The translations under genes were made by a program, and so were the position numbers. The notes under the pieces were generated by a model. The model searched no databases and had not been told where the DNA came from. It saw nothing but the letters and a program-made list of their open reading frames with translations. Source: a virus (lineage: Duplodnaviria; Heunggongvirae; Uroviricota; Caudoviricetes; Thumleimavirales; Hafunaviridae). From it: a stretch of DNA of 64,000 nucleotides. Location of the stretch: positions 12,822 through 76,821 of IMG/VR virus record IMGVR_UViG_2974793440_000001; one strand, given 5' to 3'. Below, in pieces: positions 25,624 to 34,733 of the stretch. Position 1 is the stretch's first letter. Each line of letters begins with the position of its first letter.

Positions 25624-26988
25624 CTACTTCTTGAAGTTCATTACGGGCTTCAGTCGGTCAACGACCATCGCCGTGGGGCCGAGGTGTTCCTCGATTAGCT
25701 CCGGGGACTTGTACGCCTGCGGAACTTCGTCGCCGGGGACGACCGCCGAGTACGTCCCGTTGTCGTACATCCGCTTCCGCGTAGCGTCGGCGTCAAACTC
25801 GGAGCGTGCCCATCCACGAGAACCAAGTCGCCCCGCGCCGTGGGGAGCCGAGTAGTTGTAGTCGGGGTTCCCGCGTCCCTGACAGAGTAGGGTTCCGTCC
25901 TCCATATTCATCGGGATGGCGAACAGCTCGCCGTCCTGAGCGCGGGTGGAGCCTTTGCGAATCATCATATCCTCGAAGTCCACGTAGTTGTGCGGGGAGT
26001 CGAGGAACTTGGTAATCGACGCATCGAGGGTTTCGGCCACCTCCTGAACCATCAGAAGACGATTGAAGCTCGCGTAGGTCTGAGTGAGCATCATATCGTA
26101 GTAGTAGCCGTAGGCTTCGCGTCCTTCGAGGTAATCGAGGTCTTTGTTCCGGTTCGCGTCGGGGGTGTAGGACTCAATCTCGGAGCCGATGCGCTCGATT
26201 TCCTTGCCGTCGTTGTAGAGACGAATCTTCTCCCAATCCGGGGAGCCGTCGCGGTTCGTGTAGTGCTTCAACCGCTCACCCATCTCGCCCCACTTCACGT
26301 CGGCGTCACGGTGTTCGGTCGCCTTCTCCTGCCAGTACGCCGCGACCTTCTGCCCGAGGTTACGGGAGCCGGAGTGAACGACCACCCACAGGTCGCCGGA
26401 CAGCTCGGACTCAGCCAGCTCGATGAAGTGATTACCGGAGCCGAGCGTTCCGAGCGAGCGAAGCGCGTACCGCCTTCCCGCCCCGACTCGGGTACACATC
26501 TTCTCGAAGTAATCCGGTCGGAACATCCCCTCGTCGCGGCTCTCGTAGTCGAAGTCCATCGCGTCGTAGAAGTGGAGTAGCTTCTCGTTCGCCTTCCACC
26601 ACGGGAACGACCACTCAAGTTCGACCTTCGGCTCTTTGTGAACGCGACCCGTTCCCATCGGAATCCGGTCGCGCACCTCGCTGTTCACCTCTCGGAAGTC
26701 GTCTATGTCGGAGGGATGGTCGGCTTTCGACACATCGAGGCGGGCCGCCGTCATCCCGCACCCAATGTCCCCGCCGACCGTCTTCGGAATCACGCGGTCA
26801 GTCAGCGGCATTGAGAACCCCACAATACAGGCAGGCCCGAGGCCTCCGTGACAGTCCGGCATAAACTTCACCGGATTCTGGAACGCCTCGTGGTCAACCA
26901 TCTCCTTGATTTCTTCTCGGAGTCCGTCTTCCACTTCTTTCTCTGGTAGATGTATCTCTGCTGTCGTACTGTCTCCTTCTACAATCAT
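25624..26988 (-). CDS. rtcB: RtcB-type RNA 3'-phosphate ligase
   Basis: 454 aa; metal/GTP-binding signature residues: 'MPDCHGGLG', 'GSGNHFIEL', 'VVVHSGSRNLG', 'SPHNYVDFE', 'SAPHGAGR'. Confidence 0.9.
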   Translation of the reverse strand: MIVEGDSTTAEIHLPEKEVEDGLREEIKEMVDHEAFQNPVKFMPDCHGGLGPACIVGFSMPLTDRVIPKTVGGDIGCGMTAARLDVSKADHPSDIDDFREVNSEVRDRIPMGTGRVHKEPKVELEWSFPWWKANEKLLHFYDAMDFDYESRDEGMFRPDYFEKMCTRVGAGRRYALRSLGTLGSGNHFIELAESELSGDLWVVVHSGSRNLGQKVAAYWQEKATEHRDADVKWGEMGERLKHYTNRDGSPDWEKIRLYNDGKEIERIGSEIESYTPDANRNKDLDYLEGREAYGYYYDMMLTQTYASFNRLLMVQEVAETLDASITKFLDSPHNYVDFEDMMIRKGSTRAQDGELFAIPMNMEDGTLLCQGRGNPDYNYSAPHGAGRLGSRGWARSEFDADATRKRMYDNGTYSAVVPGDEVPQAYKSPELIEEHLGPTAMVVDRLKPVMNFKK

Positions 26989-27202
26989 TAGTTCTGTTTA
27001 GATAGAGTGTATAACTCTGTGTGTTCTACTACGGTACTGTCTTAGTTGAGTGAACAACCCTCGATGTGGTAAAACTCAAAGTAGGTAACTATCAGTAGAT
27101 AACTACTAAGAGTATATATCTAAGATAGATATTTCGCGCGTTATGAGCGCCCGCGCCCTTCATTCGGATGTTTCGTCGTATAGTACCGATACGGTACTAT
27201 AT

Positions 27203-27229
27203 GACTTAAAGATGCCGAAATAAGTCTTA
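27203..27229 (-). promoter_or_regulatory. conserved promoter element copy (GACTTAAAGATGCC...AAGTCTTAG), oriented towards rtcB
   Basis: Matches the element family listed under findings. Confidence 0.4.
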
Positions 27230-27234
27230 GTGGG

Positions 27235-27447
27235 CTACTGGGGAGGCTCCAAATACCGAATCGGAACCGACCACCTCCCCTTCATCAGCCACACGAAGAA
27301 CCACGGGTAGAGGAACATCGTCGCCAGCATATTCAGAAGCGAAACCACCAACACCGCGTACAGCGCGGCCTTCACGAACAGAAGCGAGAAAACCTGAATC
27401 GTGAATCCAAGGTAGAACGAGTAGATGTAGGTATTCTCAGTCTTCAT
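27235..27447 (-). CDS. small membrane protein
   Basis: 70 aa, two hydrophobic helices. Confidence 0.3.
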   Translation of the reverse strand: MKTENTYIYSFYLGFTIQVFSLLFVKAALYAVLVVSLLNMLATMFLYPWFFVWLMKGRWSVPIRYLEPPQ

Positions 27448-27655
27448 CGGTGAGCGGTCTGGTGTGGTAGTTCACTCCGTGGTAGCCCGTCGTCGGAACA
27501 GGCTGGTCGATGCGCTCGATTAGCGGCCACGGAAGCTCATACCGCCCGAACAAGTAGCCGCAGATGTTTCCGTTGTGGTCAGTAATCGCTCGAACCTTCG
27601 CGTCCTCAGGAATGGAAGGCGTCGTCACGGCTCCATCACAGCCCGCGCGAGCCAA
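27437..27655 (-). CDS. hypothetical protein
   Basis: 72 aa ORF. Confidence 0.3.
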   Translation of the reverse strand: MARAGCDGAVTTPSIPEDAKVRAITDHNGNICGYLFGRYELPWPLIERIDQPVPTTGYHGVNYHTRPLTDED

Positions 27656-28065
27656 TGCTTCGCCGTCCGAATCGGATTGTCGTGTTCCCGGTACTCGGAC
27701 TCTGAGATACTGAACCGGATTTTGGATACCGGGTCGTGAGCATCGTAGCTCCGAAGGTTAGCCAACTCCATCGAGTCAACTTCACAACGCTCGAAGACCG
27801 CGTTCTTCGCCTCAGCCTCAAACTCGTTGCGGAGGTTGTAGAGTTCGTGTTCCGTCTCCGGGGAGAGCGCACTACGCGGTAGCTCTTGTAGGAGCGCGTT
27901 CAGGTGGCGGGCAATCCGAATATCTTGGTTCGGTTCGACCTCGGGAACGAACTGCTTGAGCGTCCCCACGTCACCAGCCACGCCGTTCTTGATGGGTTCC
28001 TCACCGAGCTTCGTCTGTTCCAGAAGCTCGTGGACTTGCTCAAGCCGATTCATCGAAGTCCTCAT
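27625..28065 (-). CDS. hypothetical protein
   Basis: 146 aa ORF. Confidence 0.35.
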   Translation of the reverse strand: MRTSMNRLEQVHELLEQTKLGEEPIKNGVAGDVGTLKQFVPEVEPNQDIRIARHLNALLQELPRSALSPETEHELYNLRNEFEAEAKNAVFERCEVDSMELANLRSYDAHDPVSKIRFSISESEYREHDNPIRTAKHWLARAVMEP

Positions 28066-28660
28066 ACAACCGCGAAGCGGTTGGCCCGGTCTGGTCGTTG
28101 TATTTGTTCCCGTTCTCCTTCGAGTACGCCACGTCCGGCTTAGTCTTCATATCGTGAAGCGCGAGCTGGCAAATCCGCATCCCGTCGCGGAGTCGAATCG
28201 GGTAGGGAGCGGCGTTGAACAGTTCGAGGGTGATTTGTCCTCGGAATCCGGGGTCGATGAAGCCCGCGTTGTGGATGAACAGGCCGAGCCGTCCGACCGA
28301 GCTACGCCCGTGGAGGATACCCACCTTGTCGTCGGGGACGGTGATGTTCTCCTCCGTGTGGGCCAGCGCGAACTTACCGGGAGAGAGCGAAAGCTCGCTG
28401 GTTCTTTCGTAGTGAGCCGGGTAGGTGTCGGCGTCGTTAACTTCGACCACGCCGGTCGCGGCAGGAATCCTAAGCTCCGACCCGAGGTGCAAATCCATCG
28501 AGGCAGGTTCGACGGAGAGTTGTTTCCCATCACCCCGAGTTGCACCGAGGTCGCCACGGCTAATTGCGTGCTGAATATCGTGCTGAGAGAGAATCATGGG
28601 GCGATGATTGAGTTGTTGTTCGTAACTTCCTCGTAGGCCGTGAAGACGAGCGGCGACCAC
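28040..28660 (-). CDS. dcd: dCTP deaminase (dUTPase superfamily)
   Basis: 206 aa; 'NAGFIDPGFRGQITLELFN' matches the Dcd signature. Confidence 0.8.
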   Translation of the reverse strand: MVAARLHGLRGSYEQQLNHRPMILSQHDIQHAISRGDLGATRGDGKQLSVEPASMDLHLGSELRIPAATGVVEVNDADTYPAHYERTSELSLSPGKFALAHTEENITVPDDKVGILHGRSSVGRLGLFIHNAGFIDPGFRGQITLELFNAAPYPIRLRDGMRICQLALHDMKTKPDVAYSKENGNKYNDQTGPTASRLYEDFDESA

Positions 28661-29298
28661 TCCTTACACTCGTCGAGGACTTGGGTGGCGAACTCACGGG
28701 CCTCCCATTGGGCCTTCATATTCTTCCGAAGGTCGAAGAAGTGCATCAGAGTCCGAGCGTTTGCTGAGAACGTCAGGTCAACCTCCACGCCGATAGGGAG
28801 TATGAACCGAGCGTCCTCCTTCGCCATTCCTTCCTCAATGAGCCGTTCGTACAGCTCTACCGAGTTGAGGAAATGCCCCTCGAAGGCGTCAGTTCCGGTG
28901 AAGTCCTCGGCGGGGCCGTCGTACTGGCCGAGAACCACGTCGGAGGCTCCGGGGTTGTTCTTGTCGCCCGGTGGGACGACGATGTTCTTCTCGGAGAAGT
29001 CGCAGTACCGCTGGCTCTGAACGTCGAACGACATATGGCGGTGTCGCGTCACCTGAGCCATAGCTGAACGGCTGAGTCCTTCGACCGCGAAGAACGCTTG
29101 GATGTGTTCAAATGGGCCGAAGTGACCACGGCGGAGTAGGTCAGCAATCAGTTCTTCCTGCGTCTTCGGCGTCCCGGCGAGGGCGTCCTCGATGGTCTTC
29201 CCGACGAGGGATTCGCTCATGTAGTCTCCGCGAGCGGCCATTACGGGAACGTCGTCGGGGTTCGGCGTGCTGTATTCTGTCTTGAGTTCGACTTTCAT
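28594..29298 (-). CDS. thyX: flavin-dependent thymidylate synthase ThyX
   Basis: 234 aa; ThyX motif 'RHRHMSFDVQSQRY' (RHRxxSxxxxSQRY). Confidence 0.85.
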   Translation of the reverse strand: MKVELKTEYSTPNPDDVPVMAARGDYMSESLVGKTIEDALAGTPKTQEELIADLLRRGHFGPFEHIQAFFAVEGLSRSAMAQVTRHRHMSFDVQSQRYCDFSEKNIVVPPGDKNNPGASDVVLGQYDGPAEDFTGTDAFEGHFLNSVELYERLIEEGMAKEDARFILPIGVEVDLTFSANARTLMHFFDLRKNMKAQWEAREFATQVLDECKEWSPLVFTAYEEVTNNNSIIAP

Positions 29299-29507
29299 TC
29301 GTGGTAGTAGACGAGATTGAGGTCGATTTCGGTCATCTCGGGGTTGAAGTGATGCGTTTCCTGAAACCCCTCGATGCGGCAGTCCTCTCGTAGTACGTCG
29401 CTGAGAACGTCAGCGAGCATTGATGCAAGTTCGTCCTGAGTAACGGGTGTGATGTATCTCATAGATGCGTCTCTCTGGTTCAGAAAAGCGGAGAAGTCGC
29501 TCCTCAC
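29295..29507 (-). CDS. hypothetical small protein
   Basis: 70 aa; canonical promoter element plus ACCAGAGAGA upstream. Confidence 0.3.
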   Translation of the reverse strand: MRSDFSAFLNQRDASMRYITPVTQDELASMLADVLSDVLREDCRIEGFQETHHFNPEMTEIDLNLVYYHE

Positions 29508-29557
29508 TCTAATAGACGGTATCTAATGACTTAAAGACTCCTATGTGAGTCTTTAGG
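29502..29557 (-). promoter_or_regulatory. canonical promoter/leader element copy upstream of the 29295..29507 gene
   Basis: CCTCACTCTAATAGACGG...GACTTAAAGACTCC...GAGTCTTTAGG. Confidence 0.4.
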
Positions 29558-29981
29558 CAATAGAAACGAGTTGACCTCTCTCGTTCAGCGTTCGCGTTTC
29601 GTAGTGATGTTTCGCGTGTTCAGCGTGGCCGAGAAGTTCGATGTTCTCCACTCGGTTGTCCAGCTTCATCGAGTTCTTGTGGTGAACATCATTCTCTACC
29701 ACGGCGTCGTAACCGTACTCGGCAACGGCGAGAAGCCGATGATGGAGGCACGAGTAGGTCTTTCCGTCGATGTTGACGGTGAGCTGTTCGTATCCATCGG
29801 AACGTTCCGTGACGGCGACGTTGTGCTTCCGTCCGGTTCTCTCGATACCGAATTTCTCCATCCAGTATCGAATCGTCTCCTTGGAACAGCCGAGGTCTGC
29901 CGCGACCTTTCGGCAGGAGCGGTGTGTCGAATACTTTTCTCTAAGCGTTTCCTCGTCTTGCCACGGTCTTTCTCGGGACAT
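29553..29981 (-). CDS. HNH endonuclease with N-terminal HTH domain
   Basis: 142 aa; 'NDVHHKNSMKLDNRVENIELLGHAEHAKHH' HNH motif; N-terminal 'RPWQDEETLREKY...LGCSKETIRYWMEKFG' HTH shared with ORF 50637..51062. Confidence 0.7.
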   Translation of the reverse strand: MSRERPWQDEETLREKYSTHRSCRKVAADLGCSKETIRYWMEKFGIERTGRKHNVAVTERSDGYEQLTVNIDGKTYSCLHHRLLAVAEYGYDAVVENDVHHKNSMKLDNRVENIELLGHAEHAKHHYETRTLNERGQLVSIA

Positions 29982-32572
29982 TAGCAGAACGCGGCGAGGC
30001 CGGTCTGACTCTGCCCCTCGATTGCGGCGTCCACATCAATGTCCACCGCGTCGAGAATATCTACCATCGGGTTCCGAACGAGCGTGTCCTGCATCCGCTT
30101 CACGTCCACGGTGAGGCGGTCACGGAGGTCGTCCAGTTGCGCTCCCCGCTCGAATCCAATCACATCGAGGGCGTCTTCTCCGAGCGTGGTGTGCTTGAGG
30201 TAGACCCGCTTGACCGTGTTCCCCTTCCCGAAGTTACAGTCCTTGATGAACTTGTTAGCGTAGAACGCCGCTCGGGGCGAAGCGCCCTTTGGCGTCCCAT
30301 CAGACCACGAGTAGTCTTCAAGTTCTTTTCCAAGACCGCCGGGGATTCCGATTAGGTCGAAGTCCGGGTTCGAGGCGTCAATGCGTTCGGCTCCTTCCCG
30401 AATGATGCGGCGAATCTCGTCCTTCGAGCCGCCGCGAACGATGGTTTCCAGCGTCTCTCGCTGAACCTCCTTGGTGAGCTGAGCCGTGTTGTTCTTCTTG
30501 CACGGGTAGCCGGAGATGGAGAGCTTGCCCTTGCCGTCCTTGATTTGGGCGTCATAGTCCATCCCTTCGTCCCACACCTTCACGTAGGCGTAGAACTTCT
30601 TTTGGCCGGACATGAAGAACCGAGAGGCGTACATCTCGATTTCAATATCGAACCGGCACGGGTCGGTCGGCATCCCGTACTCGGCGGCAAGTTCGACGTA
30701 CACCTCGTTGTTCAACGTGTCCGTGATTTCGTCGGCGGCTTCGAGGCACTCTCGCTGATTCATCGAACTATCAAATTCTATATAATTTGAGTCGGTGTCC
30801 CCGTATGCTACATTTGCGACACTTTCATCGTCCACGTACTTCGCGGTACGCTTGATTACTGCCTGCCCAGTAAGGGTGACAGCGGCGGCAATATCGGAGT
30901 CGTAGAGGAAGAACCGAACCCACCCCAAAACGCCGTAGATAGAGTTAACTATCGTCTTCCTGACACTATACTCCTCGCCCCATTTCGCCTTCTCCTCGGC
31001 GCTCAGCGAGTCGTCCTTCTTCATCTCGCCAGCGTGTTCCTTGAGGCGGAGAGCTTCGTCCACCAGTTCGCGGAACACGCCGTCGAAATCGAGTCGGAAG
31101 TAAACGTCGTTGGCCGCCTTCGCTACCGGCACGAGGTCGCCCCCTTCTTCGAGGACAGCGTACAGGCCGTCGTCGTGTTCTTCGACGTGGATGGGGTCAA
31201 CCTTCGTTTCCGGGCTGGCGTTCAGCATCCAGAGTGCGTTCGGGTACAGGGAAGCGAGGTCGATACCGACCACGTTCTCCTTGAGGCCGGTGAACGCCGG
31301 GAACACGTAGGCCCCGTCGTACTTACCGGAGTCCTCCGGCGGGTCGGCGGTCGGCCCGGCGTAGCCCTCCTCGTAGAGCTTCCGGCGAATCATCATCTCG
31401 ATGAACTCGTTGTTCGCCGTGGTCTGCTCGAAGTCCAGACCAATCGTGTCGCGCAGGGCCTTCTTGAACGCGAGGACGTTCGCGGCTTCGTTGATGCCGA
31501 CCGTGAGGAAAACGTCCTTCGTGTTGTAGTTGAGGAACTTGCGGGTGTTCTCCGAGTATAGCTCGTAGAAGCCCTTATCGGAGTGTTCGATTTTCGCGTC
31601 CTCCAACTCCATCTCGGCGGCGGAATCGAGGCTCCCGCTGACCTTCGTGAACTTGGTGTCCTTCCAAGCGTCCATCAGGTCGTAGCAGGTACGTCCCTGA
31701 ATCGTCGGGCCGCCGTACCCGGTGTAGGCGTTCCCGGTGCGGGAGAGGCGGTCAGCGTTGACACCGCGCTCTTTCATCCGCTCGATAACGAACGGGGTGT
31801 CGAACCCGTTGCTGTTCCAGCCAACCACGAGGTCGCTGTCCTTCTCGCTCACGTACTTGGCGAACTCCGTGAGCATCTTCCGCTCGTTCGGCTCGAACTT
31901 GAGCTGGTCGAGGTGGTCGAGGCCGAGGTCGCTCGGGTGGCTCACCGCATCGAGGTCTGCGTCGGGGAAGCGTTCCCCAAGCCCGTGACCGTCGAGGTCG
32001 ATGAACCCCACGTACTCGTCGGTGTAGTTGTCGTGAGCGACGATGCTCAGGATTCGAGCCTTCCCGTAGTCGGGGAAGCCCTCGCCCCGGTCGTCCGTCT
32101 CTATGTCGAACGTCAGAACGCGGGGTGGGGCGTCCAACTCCACCGGCTCAAGCTCGTCGGGAGTGACCCTGCCGGACGGGGCGCGAACGCCGGTCTTGAT
32201 TCCGAGGTCGATTCGGAGCCGGTCGGTGTAGTCCACGTCGGCTTCCCACGACTTCGAGAAGAACGACGCGACCTCGCCCATCTTCTTGGGGTTGTTCACG
32301 ACGACCTTCGCCAGCTCGTCTTGGTTCACGAGGCCGGTGAAGTCGGTGTCGTCATACCCCTCGATGTGGTCATTATCGAACGGGTCAACCTCGTCCTTCT
32401 CCTCTGCCGGGACGTAGAAGTAGGGGTCGAAGTTCTCCACCACGATAGAGTCCGGTTTCCCGGCTTCGGTTCGACCGAACAGTTTGACCTTCGGGGTGTA
32501 GTCTTCGTAAATCAGTTCGGTGTTCGTAACGTAGATTTCCTTCATTTTAAACGAGACAGGCGCTCCATCCAC
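29981..32572 (-). CDS. family-B DNA polymerase
   Basis: 863 aa; exo I 'FDIETD', polymerase motif C 'YGDTDS', motif A 'DLASLYP'; no intein. Confidence 0.9.
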   Translation of the reverse strand: MDGAPVSFKMKEIYVTNTELIYEDYTPKVKLFGRTEAGKPDSIVVENFDPYFYVPAEEKDEVDPFDNDHIEGYDDTDFTGLVNQDELAKVVVNNPKKMGEVASFFSKSWEADVDYTDRLRIDLGIKTGVRAPSGRVTPDELEPVELDAPPRVLTFDIETDDRGEGFPDYGKARILSIVAHDNYTDEYVGFIDLDGHGLGERFPDADLDAVSHPSDLGLDHLDQLKFEPNERKMLTEFAKYVSEKDSDLVVGWNSNGFDTPFVIERMKERGVNADRLSRTGNAYTGYGGPTIQGRTCYDLMDAWKDTKFTKVSGSLDSAAEMELEDAKIEHSDKGFYELYSENTRKFLNYNTKDVFLTVGINEAANVLAFKKALRDTIGLDFEQTTANNEFIEMMIRRKLYEEGYAGPTADPPEDSGKYDGAYVFPAFTGLKENVVGIDLASLYPNALWMLNASPETKVDPIHVEEHDDGLYAVLEEGGDLVPVAKAANDVYFRLDFDGVFRELVDEALRLKEHAGEMKKDDSLSAEEKAKWGEEYSVRKTIVNSIYGVLGWVRFFLYDSDIAAAVTLTGQAVIKRTAKYVDDESVANVAYGDTDSNYIEFDSSMNQRECLEAADEITDTLNNEVYVELAAEYGMPTDPCRFDIEIEMYASRFFMSGQKKFYAYVKVWDEGMDYDAQIKDGKGKLSISGYPCKKNNTAQLTKEVQRETLETIVRGGSKDEIRRIIREGAERIDASNPDFDLIGIPGGLGKELEDYSWSDGTPKGASPRAAFYANKFIKDCNFGKGNTVKRVYLKHTTLGEDALDVIGFERGAQLDDLRDRLTVDVKRMQDTLVRNPMVDILDAVDIDVDAAIEGQSQTGLAAFC

Positions 32573-32662
32573 AGTTCAGGCAGGTGCGGCATCCGCCCTG
32601 CGGGGCGATTCGGGGGTTGTTACATCCACACGGTGCGGCTTGCTGGTGACTCTGGTTCTGAC

Positions 32663-33136
32663 TCATCGTTGTTTGGTGATTGTAACCTCAGAACGCTCCC
32701 ACGTCGTGTTCGCCGTCGCTTCAGGAGCGACGTATTGTACGTCCTCGAACCCGTCGCGGTTCCGCTCTATCCGCTCCTCTCCTTCGATGATGGTGTTCGC
32801 TTCAGGGTCGTAGGCGACGACCTCGCCGTTCGTGAACGCCACGGGGTCGTACTCGATAACCCGGCTGTCGTCGCGCTCGATGATGAAGATGGAACTGACG
32901 CCCATCCCCTGAACCTGATTCAGAACATCCTCGGAGATTGCGTACCCTGCGTACTTGCGGAAGTAGTGCTGGTCGGCCTCCCCCTTTCCGTGACGGTTCC
33001 GGGGGAACGTAGCAACCCGACCACGGTGAGCGTCCTCTCCGAAGTGGCCGATTACAACGTCCGATTTACGTATCGGAGCAACGAGGGTCGTTTTCGGTGC
33101 TGGTGTGTCGGTGTAGTTGAATAGTGTGCTACTCAT
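32663..33136 (-). CDS. hypothetical protein
   Basis: 157 aa. Confidence 0.35.
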   Translation of the reverse strand: MSSTLFNYTDTPAPKTTLVAPIRKSDVVIGHFGEDAHRGRVATFPRNRHGKGEADQHYFRKYAGYAISEDVLNQVQGMGVSSIFIIERDDSRVIEYDPVAFTNGEVVAYDPEANTIIEGEERIERNRDGFEDVQYVAPEATANTTWERSEVTITKQR

Positions 33137-33317
33137 TCTCTCGTTGTCGTTCCCGCATTGTCGCGTTCTTCGCTATCTCCAAACAGAAGTGACAGAGCGA
33201 CTTACCGGGAATCGGCTCTCTATTTTCGCATTTTCGGCATTTCGTCATATCTCTGGATTCGTGCCGCACCGCCAGCGGATGCTGACGGCGTTTCGACCGA
33301 AACAGAGATTCAGAGAA

Positions 33318-34232
33318 TTAGAGATATGCCGGGGACTCGCCCCGGTATTCCTCCTTCCATTCGGGGTAGGAGAGCGTGTCGTCACGGTAGAAATACGCCC
33401 GACCGGGGAACGGGTGTTCCTCGTCCGGGCCGATACAGAGTTCGTCGCGGGAGTGTGGTCGCGCCTTCCGTTCGGTTTCGAGAACCGGAGGCGTCTGTGG
33501 GTGTTCGACCTCCCGCCGTCGCCGGTTCAGGAACGCGGAGTCAACGCGGTCGTCCTTGTTCCAAGAGAGTAGAACGTTCTCCATCGACCGCTCGATGCGG
33601 TCGTAGTAGTTGTAGCCGTCCTCACCCCACTTATCGCCCTGCCACACACTCCCGAATTGAGCCGCCTTCAGCGGTGAAGCGGTGTCCACGGAGTGAACAG
33701 GCACGTAGTGGGATAAATCGAATTGTCGGTGGGGGCTACCACCGAGGATGTGAACGCTTCGGCAGTTACGGTACTCCCATACAGGCCACGGTACACCACC
33801 AAAGCGGTCTTGAGCGGGGAGTCCGACGCGGAACCGAGAGGGTACACGGTCGGGCTTGACACCTTTCGGAACCACAATAATAACCTCTGCGTGGCGACGG
33901 AGACGGTCAGCCTTAGCAAGAGTAGAATCGAGGTCAGACTCGTCTCGAATATCAGGCGCAACAGCATATTTCGGCTGTTCGCGTTTCACCACATCGAGGT
34001 GGGCTTCCCACTTCTGGTCGAACGGAATATCATCTTGAAGGAACGGCCAATCCACGAACTCCACCGGAATCTCCCTCGGTGGTCGGGCTTTCGTACTTTC
34101 CATCCCCACGAGCGAGCCACCACGGTAGGCCGCTCGGGGCATATCCTCGCCGCCGCAGGACGTTACTATAACATCAATTCGGTCGGGTGAGCTGGTGCTG
34201 TCGCTGGTCGATGCGTACTCGGTGAGACTCAT
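33318..34232 (-). CDS. hypothetical protein; weak resemblance to the tRNA-guanine transglycosylase (TGT/DpdA-like) fold
   Basis: 304 aa; 'VHILGGSPH' and 'VHSVDTASP' loosely resemble the TGT 'LxGxGxP' and catalytic-Asp segments; no CxCxxC zinc site; low certainty. Confidence 0.3.
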   Translation of the reverse strand: MSLTEYASTSDSTSSPDRIDVIVTSCGGEDMPRAAYRGGSLVGMESTKARPPREIPVEFVDWPFLQDDIPFDQKWEAHLDVVKREQPKYAVAPDIRDESDLDSTLAKADRLRRHAEVIIVVPKGVKPDRVPSRFRVGLPAQDRFGGVPWPVWEYRNCRSVHILGGSPHRQFDLSHYVPVHSVDTASPLKAAQFGSVWQGDKWGEDGYNYYDRIERSMENVLLSWNKDDRVDSAFLNRRRREVEHPQTPPVLETERKARPHSRDELCIGPDEEHPFPGRAYFYRDDTLSYPEWKEEYRGESPAYL

Positions 34233-34245
34233 TAGGAATTTGTCG

Positions 34246-34419
34246 CTAACGTAGGCTGTGAGCGTGCTGTGCGTACAGGGTGTTGCGGATGGTTTCCGCC
34301 CGCTCCGCTTCCTCGTGCTGTCTCACCACACGCTTCATCTGAGCGTACTCGGTAAGCATCGAGGCGAGGTCGTCGAACGATTCGTTGTGTAGGACGAAGC
34401 TGAGGTTTCCTTCAGTCAT
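34246..34419 (-). CDS. small hypothetical protein (57 aa)
   Basis: MTEGNLSFVLHNESFDDLASMLTEYAQMKRVVRQHEEAERAETIRNTLYAQHAHSLR; not in the ORF track. Confidence 0.25.
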   Translation of the reverse strand: MTEGNLSFVLHNESFDDLASMLTEYAQMKRVVRQHEEAERAETIRNTLYAQHAHSLR

Positions 34420-34532
34420 TGTTTTTGTAGCGTCGGTATTCGCATCGCAGGTAGTCGTATATCGCTCCGAGTCCGTAGCTCAGAACGAGAACGCCGAGCG
34501 GAATCAGGCAGAGTCGGAGGAATACTTCCCCG

Positions 34533-34733
34533 TCACTCATCAAGGCCGAGTTGAGTGGGGATTTTCGTGTTGCCGAACGGAGCGCACCCGGTACAGTAGA
34601 CGACCGAGGCGGTCGCCCCACGGTAGCGGGCGCTTCTTTTCTGGACTACGTAGTAATCCTCGTTCGATTCAGGGTTCAGATAGTTGAACTCCTTGTCGCA
34701 CTTCGTACAGTTGTGAGGGAGATTGAAGTCCAT
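34533..34733 (-). CDS. small zinc-ribbon protein
   Basis: 66 aa; CTKC...CTGC. Confidence 0.35.
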   Translation of the reverse strand: MDFNLPHNCTKCDKEFNYLNPESNEDYYVVQKRSARYRGATASVVYCTGCAPFGNTKIPTQLGLDE

